Shown: piece by piece, positions 21,260-33,857 of the stretch | How the letters are laid out: the number at the start of each line of letters is the position of its first letter | How positions within the stretch are numbered: position 1 is the first letter of the stretch | DNA from: Callorhinchus milii | Lineage: Eukaryota | Direction: 5' to 3' | Length of the DNA: 41,350 nt | Assembly: GCF_018977255.1 (NCBI RefSeq) | Contig: NW_024705476.1 | Coordinates: forward strand, 1-41,350 | Notes under the pieces: generated by a model | What the model saw: only the letters and a program-made list of their open reading frames with translations | Databases searched by the model: none | Told to the model about the DNA's origin: nothing | Position numbers and translations under genes: made by a program

Positions 21260-24062
21260 TGTTGTATGTGTTGGTTATGAAATTTTGATAAAAATAATAA
21301 AAATTAATAATTTTCCGAAAAATGCGCAAATCGCATTAATTATGATAGTGTGTGTATTAATATGCATAAATTATGATAATGCGTGTAATTATATGCATAA
21401 ATTATGATAATCGTAGTAATTTATGCGGATGCTTGCGGTTATGTTAATGTGTGCAGTTATGTTAATTAGGCTTGGTTTCGTTTATCCAGGGTTATATCAA
21501 TCAGGATAACACGATTATCATCGATTAAACATTTGCTGATTATCTTAGTGTGTTTATTATTTTTAGTCTCCAGGTTCAGATCTCATCACAGGATACAGTT
21601 GTCAAGAATAAGACAGTTTTGCATGGACTTGGAAAGAAGCACTCGAACAGTTGGTGTTAAGCAATTTTAATTCTAAACAAGCACATGACACTCTAGTATG
21701 CGAAAGCGAGTATACGTCAATAAATTCATGGGCAATCTTATGCAATTAACGAAATTGAATGACTAAAAATACTTCTTCATTGGCGAAATTATGCAGTTAA
21801 CGAAAATGAATGACTAAACACTTATGCATTTACGACTATTTCCTAATATGAATGACTAAAACATTTCTTATTCATGCAACTCGACGGCAGCAACTGCTTT
21901 GCACGATCAGTTGATATTGAACGCACCACCTCGAAATGGCAACCCTTTTTGAAACGCAAAGACACTTTTTGAAAGTCTTATTCGTGTGCGTGCTGTGTGT
22001 GCGTTGTCCTCTCGTAATATTAATTGTGTCGTTAGCTTGTGTGGTGTAGGAGGATACAAACAGCGGCCAGGTGTTCCTCTCGATTGGGCGTGGCCGCCGC
22101 AAGCTCCTGCTGCTCCCTCGCTCGGCGTGTCGCTCGGCTTTTGCTCTCTCTCTCTCTCTCCACTGCTGGATTGAGCGGCGTTGGCACGATGCTGTCCTTG
22201 AAGAAACTTGCTTGCTCGGCGCTTGATGGTTCCGGGGCTTGGTGCTGCTCGTGTCACTCGGTGTCGCTCGGTGGCGAGTTGGCACGGTGGCGCCCGGTGG
22301 CGCACGGTGGCGCAGGGTGGCGCACGGTGGCGCAAGGTGGCGCACGCGCTTTCTTGGTGGCAGCCCCCGGCTTCTCCACTGCTCGATTGATTGTTGAGTC
22401 GGCACGATGCTCGCCGTCGCTCTGGACGTCTTGTGTGTTCACACTGGTCGTTGGTCGGTGTGCCCTCAGGCACACGGCGCATTCGATGCGCTGTCCTCTC
22501 CCTCGCAGCCGTTTGACCAGGCTTCCTCCACTGCTTCGCGCTCTCTGCTTTGCTCGCTTGGTCGACGCTTGGCGATCTCCGCCCTTTTACAGGTTGATTG
22601 CTTATCGTCACTCGTCACTCTCTCTGCTCCGTGTTCCTTTGTTCGTGCGGCTGCCAGCTTTACTCGCACTTAACTTCGTTCTGCGAGAAGCGACACCTGC
22701 TATCGGCATCGGTGTTTCGTGTCCTCACGACGCTCCACCAGCCGGAGCACGGCTGAAACCCAGCCCCGACCCAGGTTGAACTCAGACTTCTGCGACTCGA
22801 ACGACTCCTTCTCGTTCCATCACTTCTCGAGGCACAACCGCCCCAGCTCTCTTGCGAGCCCCCGTCGCAACGCTGCGTCGCAAGCCGAGTTGCGAGACTG
22901 AGCGCGACTCGAACAGACTGCTCTCAGACTGTCACTTTAACGATGTCTCGTCGTTCCATCTCTCCTCGAGGCACGACTGCCACAGCTCCCTTGCGTGCCC
23001 CGTCGCAACGCTGAGCTCGACTCGGACTAGACTGCTCGTTCGCTGTGTGTGTCTAACTTAAAACGTGACTCCCTTCTCTCTGCATTCCTTGCGAGCGGGC
23101 AACAAAAAAAAAACAAACAGAGCGAGAAGAACCAGACACCGGTGCGATCCCTCCTCGTGACCTTTTCCTAACCCTCCAAGCATTCCTGGGCCATCTGTTT
23201 GTGCTGCGGGGAGACAAAGGCGGCCGTGCTTAACTCAAACACGCGAGCACCCACTCGTTCTCCGCGTCTCTTGCGAGAGAAAACAACCAATGTCAGCACA
23301 AACCCCCCCCCTTGTGACCTTTTGCTCCCTCCTTGCTTGTCAGGCCCCGCTGGAAGACAAAGGTGGCTGAGGAGATGTTTGCAATACATTTATGTGGTCC
23401 TGTGTGTTACATTTATTCTTGAATTATATTTTATGAGTTCCTTCGGTCTTGGTATCGTGGTTATCATTCGTCTATGTTTAATGAATATTCGTAATGCTCC
23501 TCGTCACATTATTATTTTGGGGCTTCGCTCAGTTTAGTTCTCCAGAGATTGGTGTTTTATTCTGAGTTAATTTTTTTATGTCCTGAGGTTAAGTGCACGC
23601 ACTTAAGCTTTCTGGAATTCGTACTCTTTAGTTTTTCGGAAGGTCGTGTAGATAGGAAACATATACTTCTAAATAATATGTATGCGGTGAATATAAGGGA
23701 ATTACTAATAATAATATTATTGTTTGTTGGTTAATTATCTATGTTAAGTTTCTACTTTTCGGTAAGGAAAACGTTAAGAAAACGCGAGTTTCAACCGTTG
23801 TTTGCTCTGCACCTTATCTGTACATCTCCAGATGTCTTTGGGAGGTTAGTCCATACATCTTTTGTCTATCTGGATGTCTATGACCTCTCTGTCACCGACT
23901 TCTTACCAGTTTAATGGCCGTTTCACAGATTCCTGGTGTGTTTGTAGTGGGTTGTTTTCAATTTTTAATTAAAAGGTATATATAGATATAATAAAAAGAG
24001 AATTTTTTTTTTCCTTAATTATTCTTAATATTAATAACGGAAAACAGGGCATAGATCCAACA
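21260..24062 (-). repeat. LTR 4 (shared, 2803 bp, with small insertions)
   Basis: Same termini; extra sequence at ~21820-21850 and ~22204-22245. Confidence 0.9.
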
Positions 24063-24326
24063 ATCCGCCCTTTTAAAAATTTTCAGTGGTCGATTCGGCC
24101 ACTGGCGAATTTTTAAACAAAGTAAATGCCCTGTTTTTTCGTTATAAATCCATCAGCCGCCCTCACTCTCGGCGGTTATTTCTTACGACGCGCGTGCACG
24201 TATTACAGTCTTGATATGGTTACATTTGAATTGAGCAAAGAAAATTAAACAAACGTTAAACATCGATATTGCGTTACATCGGTTCTCATACATCATAACT
24301 CCGACGAATATTCATTTTTGTTTTTG

Positions 24327-27086
24327 TTAAATCCTGGGAAACGCTAGGTAGCGGTTTCGAACGCATTTATGCGTTACCTTCCTCATGTTGCCTCGTTTAC
24401 CACTTATCACTTTGATAATTCGATCACGGTTTTCGGGTTCGTTTTTGTAGTTTCCTCTCTCACTCTCTCGCGTCGTGGGAGTGTGTGGTGAAAAATTGTG
24501 CTGCACATAACCAGAATTCGCGCACACGACCCACTTTGACACTTGGTTCGAGGCATTCGCTCTCTCTGCGATTACATGCACATTTGCCGAGTCAGTGTGT
24601 CGATTTAATTCTGTCCCTCGTAATGTTGCCCTCTTTGTTTTTACGAGTGTGTTGGATTTCAACACCATTCCCGATACGTCATGGACATTCGTCTCCATTT
24701 TAGCACTCCGATCCACATAATTTTTGGTTTCCCTTGGATATTTTCCATTCAAAGGCTCATGCCTGCGCTCCTCAGGGCGTGTCCCTGCTGTCTGTTTTTG
24801 TACTGTCCGATCACGCTTCAATGCAACCCTGTCCTTGTATTCGATCCGCGCGTCATTTACGGGAGCACTGTCCACGTGTTTGCCCGCCCTGTCACTTGCA
24901 GCCTGCCTGTATTTCCCATTGAGCTCAGGGTTTAACAAAACTCAGCGGGTGGCGCGTATGGGCTCCGCTCTCTCACTGTGGGTGGTTTATCACGTATTTG
25001 GACCGCATTCTGTGTTATTCCTCTATTCCCTCCTGGTATAGCCGGTGGAGGAATTGGTCGGAATTGGATCGATTGTGTTTGACCTCCCATCCTGCGATTC
25101 TCCTGAATGTTCGCATCCATACCTCCGCGGTCTGTGTAACACCTTCCGCTAGGTGGTTATCTTCCCATCTCTGTGCGTAATTTGAACCTTGCGTGTGTCG
25201 TGGGATGGGGTGTTGATATGGTTCTGCTCTGAACCTCTCCCTCCTGCGATTCTCGTACATTTTTGGCCCAGTATTTCTCCCATTTGGGTGCCAAATTTTT
25301 CCTGGATTGTTACTTCGCCATCCCTGTGGGTAATCTTGACCTTGCGCATGTCGGGGCATGGGGTGTTGATATGGTTCTGCTCTGAACCTCTCCCTCCTGC
25401 GATTCTCGTACATTTTTGGCCCAGTGTTTCTCCCATTTGGGTGCCAAATTTTTTTTGGATCGTTACTTCGCCATCCCTGTGGGTAATTTTGACCTTGCGT
25501 GTGTCGGGGCATGGGGTGTTGATATGATTCTGCCCTTGGCCTCCACATTCTGTGATTCTCCTGAATGTTCGGCTTTGTGCCGCTCTCATTCTCGTGCCAA
25601 CCTCTCTCTGGTTTATTTTGCCATGTGTGCGTGCGTTTCTGCTCCTCCCTGCATCGTGGGACTGCTCGGTGATTTTTATTCTCTCTGAGAGGCTGGGTTC
25701 CTTATCCCTCTCCCTGTGTTCTGGATCCGAATTATGACTCTTAGCTCTGTATAACCATGCCATGTACGCCTTGCTCTCTATGCGGCGTAAGGATGCGGTT
25801 TCTGGATTCAAAACCATCCTCACCCTTTCTGTAATCTCTGGGCTCAAGGATTCAAAAAACATAATTTTGAACATTTTATCTCCTTCGTGGTATTGATTCA
25901 CATCGCCTGCATAATACGCTCTTTTAAATTGGACGAGGTAGTCACGTGGATCTTGGTCCATGCCCTGGGTCATCGATTTTACAGCATAAAACCCTTCAGT
26001 GAGTGTCGAATATTCTCCAAACTTCCGAATCACTGCCAGGCTCAATTGTTTAAAATCATTTCTAACCTTGTGTGGTAGTGACTTTACCCATGGAATAGAT
26101 TCTTTATGTAAGGTCCGTTTCAACAAACTCGCTTTTTCATCCCGTCTCCTCAGCCCTCTAATCATTGCCTCCTCTTCTACGGTTGCGATATGTGTGTGGA
26201 TATCCATAGTCTTATTGTGGGGGTCAAAATCGGGAATTCTGACTAGAGCCTTGTCCATCAATTTAAGGGTTTTACTGGTGAATAGGTATTCCGAAAGTTG
26301 ATTGCCGACAGCGTCATCATCAAACAAGTTATCATCAGGCAATCTGTCACTTTGGTCTGTGCTGTGTCGCTTGTGTTTAAGTGGTGTGCATTTTCTGTGT
26401 GCGCGCCCAGTGCCGTGTCGCTCGTGTTGCCATTTCCCTTCAGTTTTTGCCTCTGCCCTTAGTGTACCATGTCCTGGCGATTTTACTTTAACATTTTTCC
26501 TCCCTCTATCTGTGAAGTTGTCAGTCTCACATGTTTTTGTTTGCATATGTATCTCTCCATCCCTTCTCTCGAATTGTGAGGGTTTCCCTTTGTCAAGGAT
26601 TTTTTGTTCGATATCCATAATTTTTGTGCGATCAATCCCTGGACTCTGTCCACGTACCCAAGAGTGTGATTTAATGTCACTTCCATATTTATTCTGTGGA
26701 TCCACGTCTGTGAGTTTCGCTGGTGTCGCGAGCACTGATTTCTCATCCCTCTCGAGGGTGTGAGGACATTTCTCCTCGTTTATTAGAGACGATTTCTCTC
26801 CCGTTTCCTTTCCAAATTTTCCCTCATTCCACAATCCCTGTCTGTATGCCTGTGTGAGAAGGAATGAGTCCTGTCCTGCCTTCTCTGCAGTTTTTGCATC
26901 GTGTTCGCCTTCGTTACCTTTTATCCAGTCAATTAGTTTCCCCCGAGGTGTGTTCGTGTTATCGATACAGCTCCCTTCCCATATGTCTCTCTGACTGTAC
27001 TGCTTTGTAACAGATTGGTCGGTACGTTTAAATACGAGCTCCCCGTATCCCGTAACCCATTCAAAAATTATTCTCAATCCTAGCAT
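24327..27086 (-). pseudogene. gag: Near-intact gag copy (unit 4) with a few 1-bp frameshifts (~25680, ~25147, ~24940-24990)
   Basis: ORFs 25149-27086, 25015-25548, 24932-25120 and 24327-24938 tile the unit-1 protein. Confidence 0.75.
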
Positions 27087-27444
27087 CTTAGGTATGGCGG
27101 AAGTTACTTTGACATTTCTTTTCAGAGTGCATATAAAACAATTATCTCACAGAGTGTAGTCAATTTGACTCGAGCTATCTGTTATTTTCCGATTCAGAGT
27201 GCGTACCTCTAACACCATTTATCAGAGGATGCAATTGGTTTGATACGATATTATCTTAATTCCACTGTCTCTGTTTTAACCTGCTATTCTGGGTTTTAAC
27301 CTTAGAGGGCGTTTTTTAGTTTTCCGCCCGTTCACAATCACCATGCAATGTTCGATCCTGATATTCTGGTTAACACGAAGTGATTCATTCCATCATCCAT
27401 GCAAAACACTGTCTGCGAGAGATCCCGGACGACGCCACCCATTA

Positions 27445-30180
27445 TGTTGTATGTGTTGTGTTATGAAATTTTGATAAAAATAATAAAAATTAATAATTTT
27501 CCGAAAAATGCGCAAATCGCATTAATTATGATAGTGTGTGTATTAATATGCATAAATTATGATAATGCGTGTAATTATATGCATAAATTATGATAATCGT
27601 AGTAATTTATGCGGATGCTTGCGGTTATGTTAATGTGTGCAGTTATGTTAATTAGGCTTGGTTTCGTTTATCCAGGGTTATATCAATCAGGATAACACGA
27701 TTATCATCGATTAAACATTTGCTGATTATCTTAGTGTGTTTATTATTTTTAGTCTCCAGGTTCAGATCTCATCACAGGATACAGTTGTCAAGAATAAGAC
27801 AGTTTTGCATGGACTTGGAAAGAAGCACTCGAACAGTTGGTGTTAAGCAATTTTAATTCTAAACAAGCACATGACACTCTAGTATGCGAAAGCGAGTATA
27901 CGTCAATAAATTCATGGGCAATCTTATGCAATTAACGAAATTGAATGACTAAAAATACTTCTTCATTGGCGAAATTATGCAGTTAACGAAAATGAATGAC
28001 TAAAACATTTCTTATTCATGCAACTCGACGGCAGCAACTGCTTTGCACGATCAGTTGATTTTGAACGCACCACCTCGAAATGGCAACCCTTTTTGAAACG
28101 CAAAGATCACTTTTTGAAAGTCTTATTCGTGTGCGTGCTGTGTGTGCGTTGTCCTCTCGTAATATTAATTGTGTCGTTAGCTTGTGTGGTGTAGGAGGAT
28201 ACAAACAGCGGCCAGGTGTTCCTCTCGATTGGGCGTGGCCGCCGCAAGCTCCTGCTGCTCCCTCGCTCGGCGTGTCGCTCGGCTTTTGCTCTCTCTCTCT
28301 CTCTCCACTGCTGGATTGAGCGGCGTTGGCACGATGCTGTCCTTGAAGATGCTCGGTCGCTCGTGTCACTCGGTGTCGCTCGGTGGCGCACGGTGGCGCC
28401 CGGTGGCGCACGGTGGCGCAGGGTGGCGCACGGTGGCGCAAGGTGGCGCACGCGCTTTCTTGGTGGCAGCCCCCGGCTTCTCCACTGCTCGATTGATTGT
28501 TGAGTCGGCACGATGCTCGCCGTCGCTCTGGACGTCTTGTGTGTTCACACTGGTCGTTGGTCGGTGTGCCCTCAGGCACACGGCGCATTCGATGTCGCTG
28601 TCCTCTCCCTCGCAGCCGTTTGACCAGGCTTCCTCCACTGCTTCGCGCTCTCTGCTTTGCTCGCTTGGTCGACGCTTGGCGATCTCCGCCCTTTTACAGG
28701 TTGATTGCTTATCGTCACTCGTCACTCTCTCTCTGCTCCGTGTTCCTTTTGTTCGTGCGGCTGCCAGCTTTACTCGCACTTAACTTCGTTCTGCGAGAAG
28801 CGACACCTGCTATCGGCATCGGTGTTTCGTGTCCTCACGACGCTCCACCAGCCGGAGCACGGCTGAAACCCAGCCCCGACCCAGGTTGAACTCAGACTTC
28901 TGCGACTCGAACGACTCCTTCTCGTTCCATCACTTCTCGAGGCACAACCGCCCCAGCTCTCTTGCGAGCCCCCGTCGCAACGCTGCGTCGCAAGCCGAGT
29001 TGCGAGACTGAGCGCGACTCGAACAGACTGCTCTCAGACTGTCACTTTAACGATGTCTCGTCGTTCCATCTCTCCTCGAGGCACGACTGCCACAGCTCCC
29101 TTGCGTGCCCCGTCGCAACGCTGAGCTCGGCTCGGACTAGACTGCTCGTTCGCTGTGTGTGTCTAACTTAAAACGTGACTCCCTTCTCTCTGCATTCCTT
29201 GCGAGCGGGCAACAAAAAAAAAACAAACAAACAGAGCGAGAAGAACCAGACACCGGTGCGATCCCTCCTCGTGACCTTTTCCTAACCCTCCAAGCATTCC
29301 TGGGCCATCTGTTTGTGCTGCGGGGAGACAAAGGCGGCCGTGCTTAACTCAAACACGCGAGCACCCACTCGTTTCTCCGCGTCTCTTGCGAGAGAAAACA
29401 AACCATGTCAGCACAAACCCCCCCCCGCCCTTGTGACCTTTTGCTCCCTCCTTGCTTGTCAGGCCCTGCTGGAAGACAAAGGTGGCTGAGGAGATGTTTG
29501 CAATACATTTATGTGGTCCTGTGTGTTACATTTATTCTTGAATTATATTTTATGAGTTCCTTCGGTCTTGGTATCGTGGTTATCATTCGTCTATGTTTAA
29601 TGAATATTCGTAATGCTCCTCGTCACATTATTATTTTGGGGCTTCGCTCAGTTTAGTTCTCCAGAGATTGGTGTTTATTCCGAGTTAATTTTTTTATGTC
29701 CTGAGGTTAAGTGCACGCACGTAAGCTTTCTGGAATTCGTACTCTTTAGTTTTTCGGAAGGTCGTGTAGATAGGAAACATATACTTCTAAATAATATGTA
29801 TGCGGTGAATATAAGGGAATTACTAATAATAATATTATTGTTTGTTGGTTAATTATCTATGTTAAGTTTCTACTTTTCGGTAAGGAAAACGTTAAGAAAA
29901 CGCGAGTTTCAACCGTTGTTTGCTCTGCACCTTATCTGTACATCTCCAGATGTCTTTGGGAGGTTAGTCCATACATCTTTTGTCTATCTGGATGTCTATG
30001 ACCTCTCTGTCACCGACTTCTTACCAGTTTAATGGCCGTTTCACAGATTCCTGGTGTGTTTGTAGTGGGTTGTTTTCAATTTTTAATTAAAAGGTATATA
30101 TAGATATAATAAAAAGAGAATTTTTTTTTTCCTTAATTATTCTTAATATTAATAACGGAAAACAGGGCATAGATCCAACA
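27445..30180 (-). repeat. LTR 5 (5'-most LTR, 2736 bp)
   Basis: Ends ...GATCCAACA and is followed by unrelated sequence. Confidence 0.93.
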
Positions 30181-30464
30181 CCCCCCACCTCAAATATGGC
30201 ATCACAAAGCTCTGCCCCCCATGCTTCAAATCGCTTTAAACTATTGTCATTGTAGTGCGTATTTAATGTGGCGCTGCACTCTGATCTTGTAGGAGAAGAC
30301 ATTTATTAAAAAGTCTAATTAAGTAGAAAGTGTTGTCTATATTTATTTAAAGTTGCACATTTTGATGTGACGTCACATTTCTCAACCCCCCCCCCCTTCG
30401 TTACACATCGTCACAAATGTCTGACCCCCCCCCCAGGTGCGTGACGTCATTTATGGACGGCCCC
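30181..30464. mobile_element. One end of a non-autonomous DNA transposon (PIF/Harbinger-like TIR)
   Basis: Reverse complement begins GGGGCCGTCCATAAATGACGTCACGC followed by G-runs and GTGACG motifs, a terminus style I recognise from Harbinger-type MITEs. No partner TIR seen. Confidence 0.5.
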
Positions 30465-30990
30465 AATGTATCTCTATGAGTCTCTCTATGTATCTCTATG
30501 TTAGTTAGTTAATTTATTAAGTTGTTTTATCCAACTGGGCCCGGATTGGGAAAATACTGCCCACTTTTCACACATTCTCTATGCATATATCGGTGTCTCT
30601 ATGAGTCTCTCTATGTGACTTCATTTATTAGATTGTTGAGCCAACTGGGCAGGATTGTAAAAAAACTTAAACCATTCTAACCCAGGCAACTGTGAAATAT
30701 TTACCATACAAACCCCGTCGGACCAGTTCGGGAATGTAAAATCCACGGACGTCTGAACTCAGCACACAAACACGAACTCACATGCATTGACGCCCATGCT
30801 CGGCATGCTTCATAGAAGGTGCTTTAAATTGACTGCAATGTACTGGGTGTGTCCGAAAATGAATACTGTATATCGAGAAACGGAACGTTGAATAGTTTAA
30901 TTGTTATTCGATGAAACAAGCAGTAGTAGTGCAAGTCGGGATTTCGCGACCAATATTATCCATAAGACGTTTTGGGTTAGATCGCGTAAA

Positions 30991-31217
30991 TATAAATGTG
31001 TCGTTAAACAGCCAATAAGTAAGGGTTTGTGTCACGTAAACAAAACGTGGTGCCAATTCGTTACTGGTTCAGCACTAACCGGTTGTATGTTGGAGCGTAA
31101 ACCCATAACCTTTACCATTCGAGTACGGTGATGTTTCACAGGTAATTACAACCAGCCTCGTCAGGCGATGAAGCTGGTTGTGTCGAGTGGTGGCGGGTTT
31201 AACGACGTATTTATATT
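30991..31217 (-). mobile_element. Penelope-like terminal-repeat fragment with a degenerate hammerhead and short inverted ends; related copy at ~39215-39390
   Basis: TATAAATGTGTCGTTAAAC (30991) is inverted at ~31198-31216. Minus strand CTGACGA-G-GCTGGT..ACCTGT-GAAA-CATC at ~31130-31164. Confidence 0.5.
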
Positions 31218-31263
31218 CTTTGGTTCTTTCGGCAAAGTCACGTAGGTATAAAATAAAATAAAT

Positions 31264-31304
31264 CACAACGTTTCGATAGCAACACAAGCGGTCGTCCTCA
31301 GGCG
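31264..31304 (-). ncRNA. Minimal type I hammerhead ribozyme (stem II degenerate)
   Basis: CGC-CUGAGGA-C-GACCGC-UUGUGUU-GCUAUC-GAAA-CGUU-GUG. Confidence 0.7.
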
Positions 31305-31376
31305 AAAAAAAGATAAATAATCCAGCATTGGAACTGCTGAACTAACGAGAGAGCAGCTACAACAAGGCTATATATG

Positions 31377-31873
31377 TGTAGTAGGTTCAGGAGACTTGGA
31401 CGACGTAGTCGGAGGCACACTTATTTATTAACCGTTCCACTCTATACATGCCAAGGTATACAACACTTGAAGGGGTATCGGCCCCTTCACCCATCTAACA
31501 AGGAGATTCCACGATCTCTATCCTGGCTAGCCTACTCCAAGTCCTCCACTACAGAGCTAGGGGAGGCTAGCTGATCCTGCTCTGGCCAAGTTGGGATCAC
31601 GGCACCCTGAGTCCCCAGACCGGCTCTTACAAGAGCATCGGCTCTGGGCTCTCGGGGCCACGCCACTGGCTTGCCCTGGTCGGTCCTTAGAAGGACAGCA
31701 ATCTAGGGGAGTCCCAGTGCCTATCTAGCCGGTCTTCTTTCTTCATTGGTTTAAGCTAAACACTGAACCCGAGCCACCGGCTCACCGCCTTATATAGCAA
31801 CTGTAAGCACCCTTCCGTGTGCGGGCATAACCGCCCCTGGTGTGTTTGTTCGCCCTCCCGTAACACCTCTACA
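31377..31873 (-). mobile_element. Solo LTR, 497 bp, with 4-bp TSD TATG
   Basis: TGTAG(T)AGGT...ACCTCTACA termini; TATG at 31373-31376 and 31874-31877; minus-strand TATATAA (31790-31796) and AATAAA (31424-31429). Confidence 0.88.
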
Positions 31874-32175
31874 TATGTGGCAATGGGCAAGCAAGCGGGG
31901 TCTGAGCGATAAAGGAATTCCACCCTGGAAGCAAGCACCTCAGTTGTGTTAATGGAGGATTAGGGAGAGAGATTACCATTAATGAGCTTCCGTCGCCGTC
32001 GCCGCATAAGAGTACCATACCCGCATATGTGCACAACAGCAGTGTTAATGAGAGATTAGCACCATGAGAGTGCAATCCAAGGATGTGAACATGAGTGTGC
32101 AATCCAAAGAGAGAGACACAAAGAGTCGGAAATAACAGCTGACATAGGCAGGTAGGATGGAAACATCACAGTCAG

Positions 32176-33850
32176 CTAAGACTTTACCTGGTTAATAACG
32201 TCCTTCCAATGATTGAGTTTGTACCCATCTTCTCGGTTGAAGTTGTGTCTGTGTTTATATATCTGGATGGCTTCATGAACATATCTCTGAAGGTAGCCAG
32301 TAGGTTTGCAGAGTACCTCCATCTTGGAAAAATCAATTTCGTGTGAGCCCACAGCATTAAAACAATGATCAGCAATGGCAGAGGTATTGGTCCTACCGTG
32401 TTTCAAATCCGCCTTGTCTTCACGAACGCGGTCCGAGACATGTCATTTCGTTTCCCCAATGTAACGGCTGCCACATCCACAACTTAGTTTGTAAGACACC
32501 AGGGTATTGCATGTCCGGAATCACATCTTTTACAGATGGGATTAAATCACGGATTTTGTGTACTGTGTTGAAACGAGCCTGGATCCTGTGTTTGTTTAAG
32601 ATTTTGGAAATATTTTGGTAACCACTGCTATGTATGGCAAAGTGATGGTTTTGGTTGGATCCTCAGAAGTTTGTCTCCCCATGGCTGGGGAGGCAGCTTT
32701 GCGGATTGTACGGTCTGAGTATCTGTTCAACCTGAGGGCTTGGTGTACGTACTCCAACTCACTAGCTAGGTGGTGCTGGTCGGAGATGCAACTGGCCCTA
32801 AGGTTAGTGTTTTGATGAGGGAATTCTTCTGGGCTGGATTGTGGTGAGAGTCCGGCTTTAGATAGGCATCCGTGTGGGTGGCTTTCCTGTAGACCGAATG
32901 TACCAACGAACCATCAGGTCTTTTCTCGATCAAAACATCCAGGAATGGTAGCTTGCCATACTTTTCCACTTCCATGGTGAATTCAATAGACGGGTGTATG
33001 GAATTGACGTGGTTGAGAAATTTGTTCAGTGCTGGCAGGCCATGTGGCCAGATGACGAACGTGTAATCTACATATCTCTTCCACAAGGAAGGACGTAGGG
33101 TGGATGTCTGGATGGCATCTGTCTCAAATTTGTCCATGAAAACATTCTCTACCACTGGCGATAAGGGAGACCCCATTGGGGTACCCTCATTTTGTTTGTA
33201 GAATGTACCATTCCAGGTGAAAATGTGCTGGTAAGACAGTGCCTTTCCAAAGATGGTACATCTGGATTCAGTCCTTGTTGGACCAAGTCTTCAATGATTG
33301 CAATGGAGTCAAGTACAGGTACATTGGTTAACAGAGAGACTACATCAAAACTGACAAGCAACTTATCCGGAGTCAGTGAGATGTCCTTGATTAGAGAAAC
33401 CAAGTGAGCTGAGTTAAGTACAGCTGAGGTGCACTTGCCCGTGAAAGGAAGCAGGGTCTCAGACATTAATCGAGCCAGTTTGTAGGTGGGTGAGTTAATG
33501 GTGGAGACAGTAGGACTCAGCGGGGTACCTACTTTGTGGATTTTTGGAAGGCCATAAAATCTGGATGGTCTAGCAGCCGAAGGTTTTAGGGAACTCTGCT
33601 TGGTCTGATCGATTAGAGAAGTCGATTTAGGGATTATATTGTTGGTTTTTGTAGCTAGGCGGTTGGTGGGATCTCTATTGATTTTGGTATAGCTGCCATC
33701 AATAAGAAGGTCCTGGATTTTGTTGTTGTAAGTGGTTTTATCCATGATGATAGTGGCATTGCCTTGTCAGCTGAGAGGATGACAATGTCATCTCTGTTTT
33801 TTTTAAATTTAGAGAGTTCAAAACGCTCGTCCTTGCTGATGTTGCTAATA
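32176..33850 (-). pseudogene. Penelope-type reverse transcriptase / GIY-YIG endonuclease, frameshifted
   Basis: Motifs VILSADK(G)NAT, FYGLPKIHK, LLVSFDVVSLLTNVP, MGSPLSP, RYVDY (catalytic YVDD mutated), LPFLDV, VYRKATHT, YKLSCGCGSRYIGETK*, SAIADH, EAIQI, NREDG. Confidence 0.9.
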
Positions 33851-33857
33851 GGTTCAT

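Larger units (their letters stand above)
3299..30180 (-). mobile_element. Tandem array of a non-autonomous gag-only LTR retroelement: (LTR-internal)x4 + LTR with shared LTRs
   Basis: LTR starts at 3299, 9544, 15510, 21260 and 27445 (periods 6245, 5966, 5750, 6185 bp). Array homology stops exactly at TG (3299) and CA (30180). A PBS and a PPT abut every internal junction. Confidence 0.93.
31220..33850 (-). mobile_element. 5'-truncated, decayed Penelope-like retroelement
   Basis: RT plus C-terminal GIY-YIG remnants followed by a 3' region containing a hammerhead; interrupted by a solo LTR. Confidence 0.85.

Noticed and set aside
30181..30192. GAGGTGGGGGG (minus strand) abutting LTR 5 as the PPT of a fifth unit
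   Set aside because: Differs from the element's PPT and hairpin, and the following sequence has no homology to the internal region.
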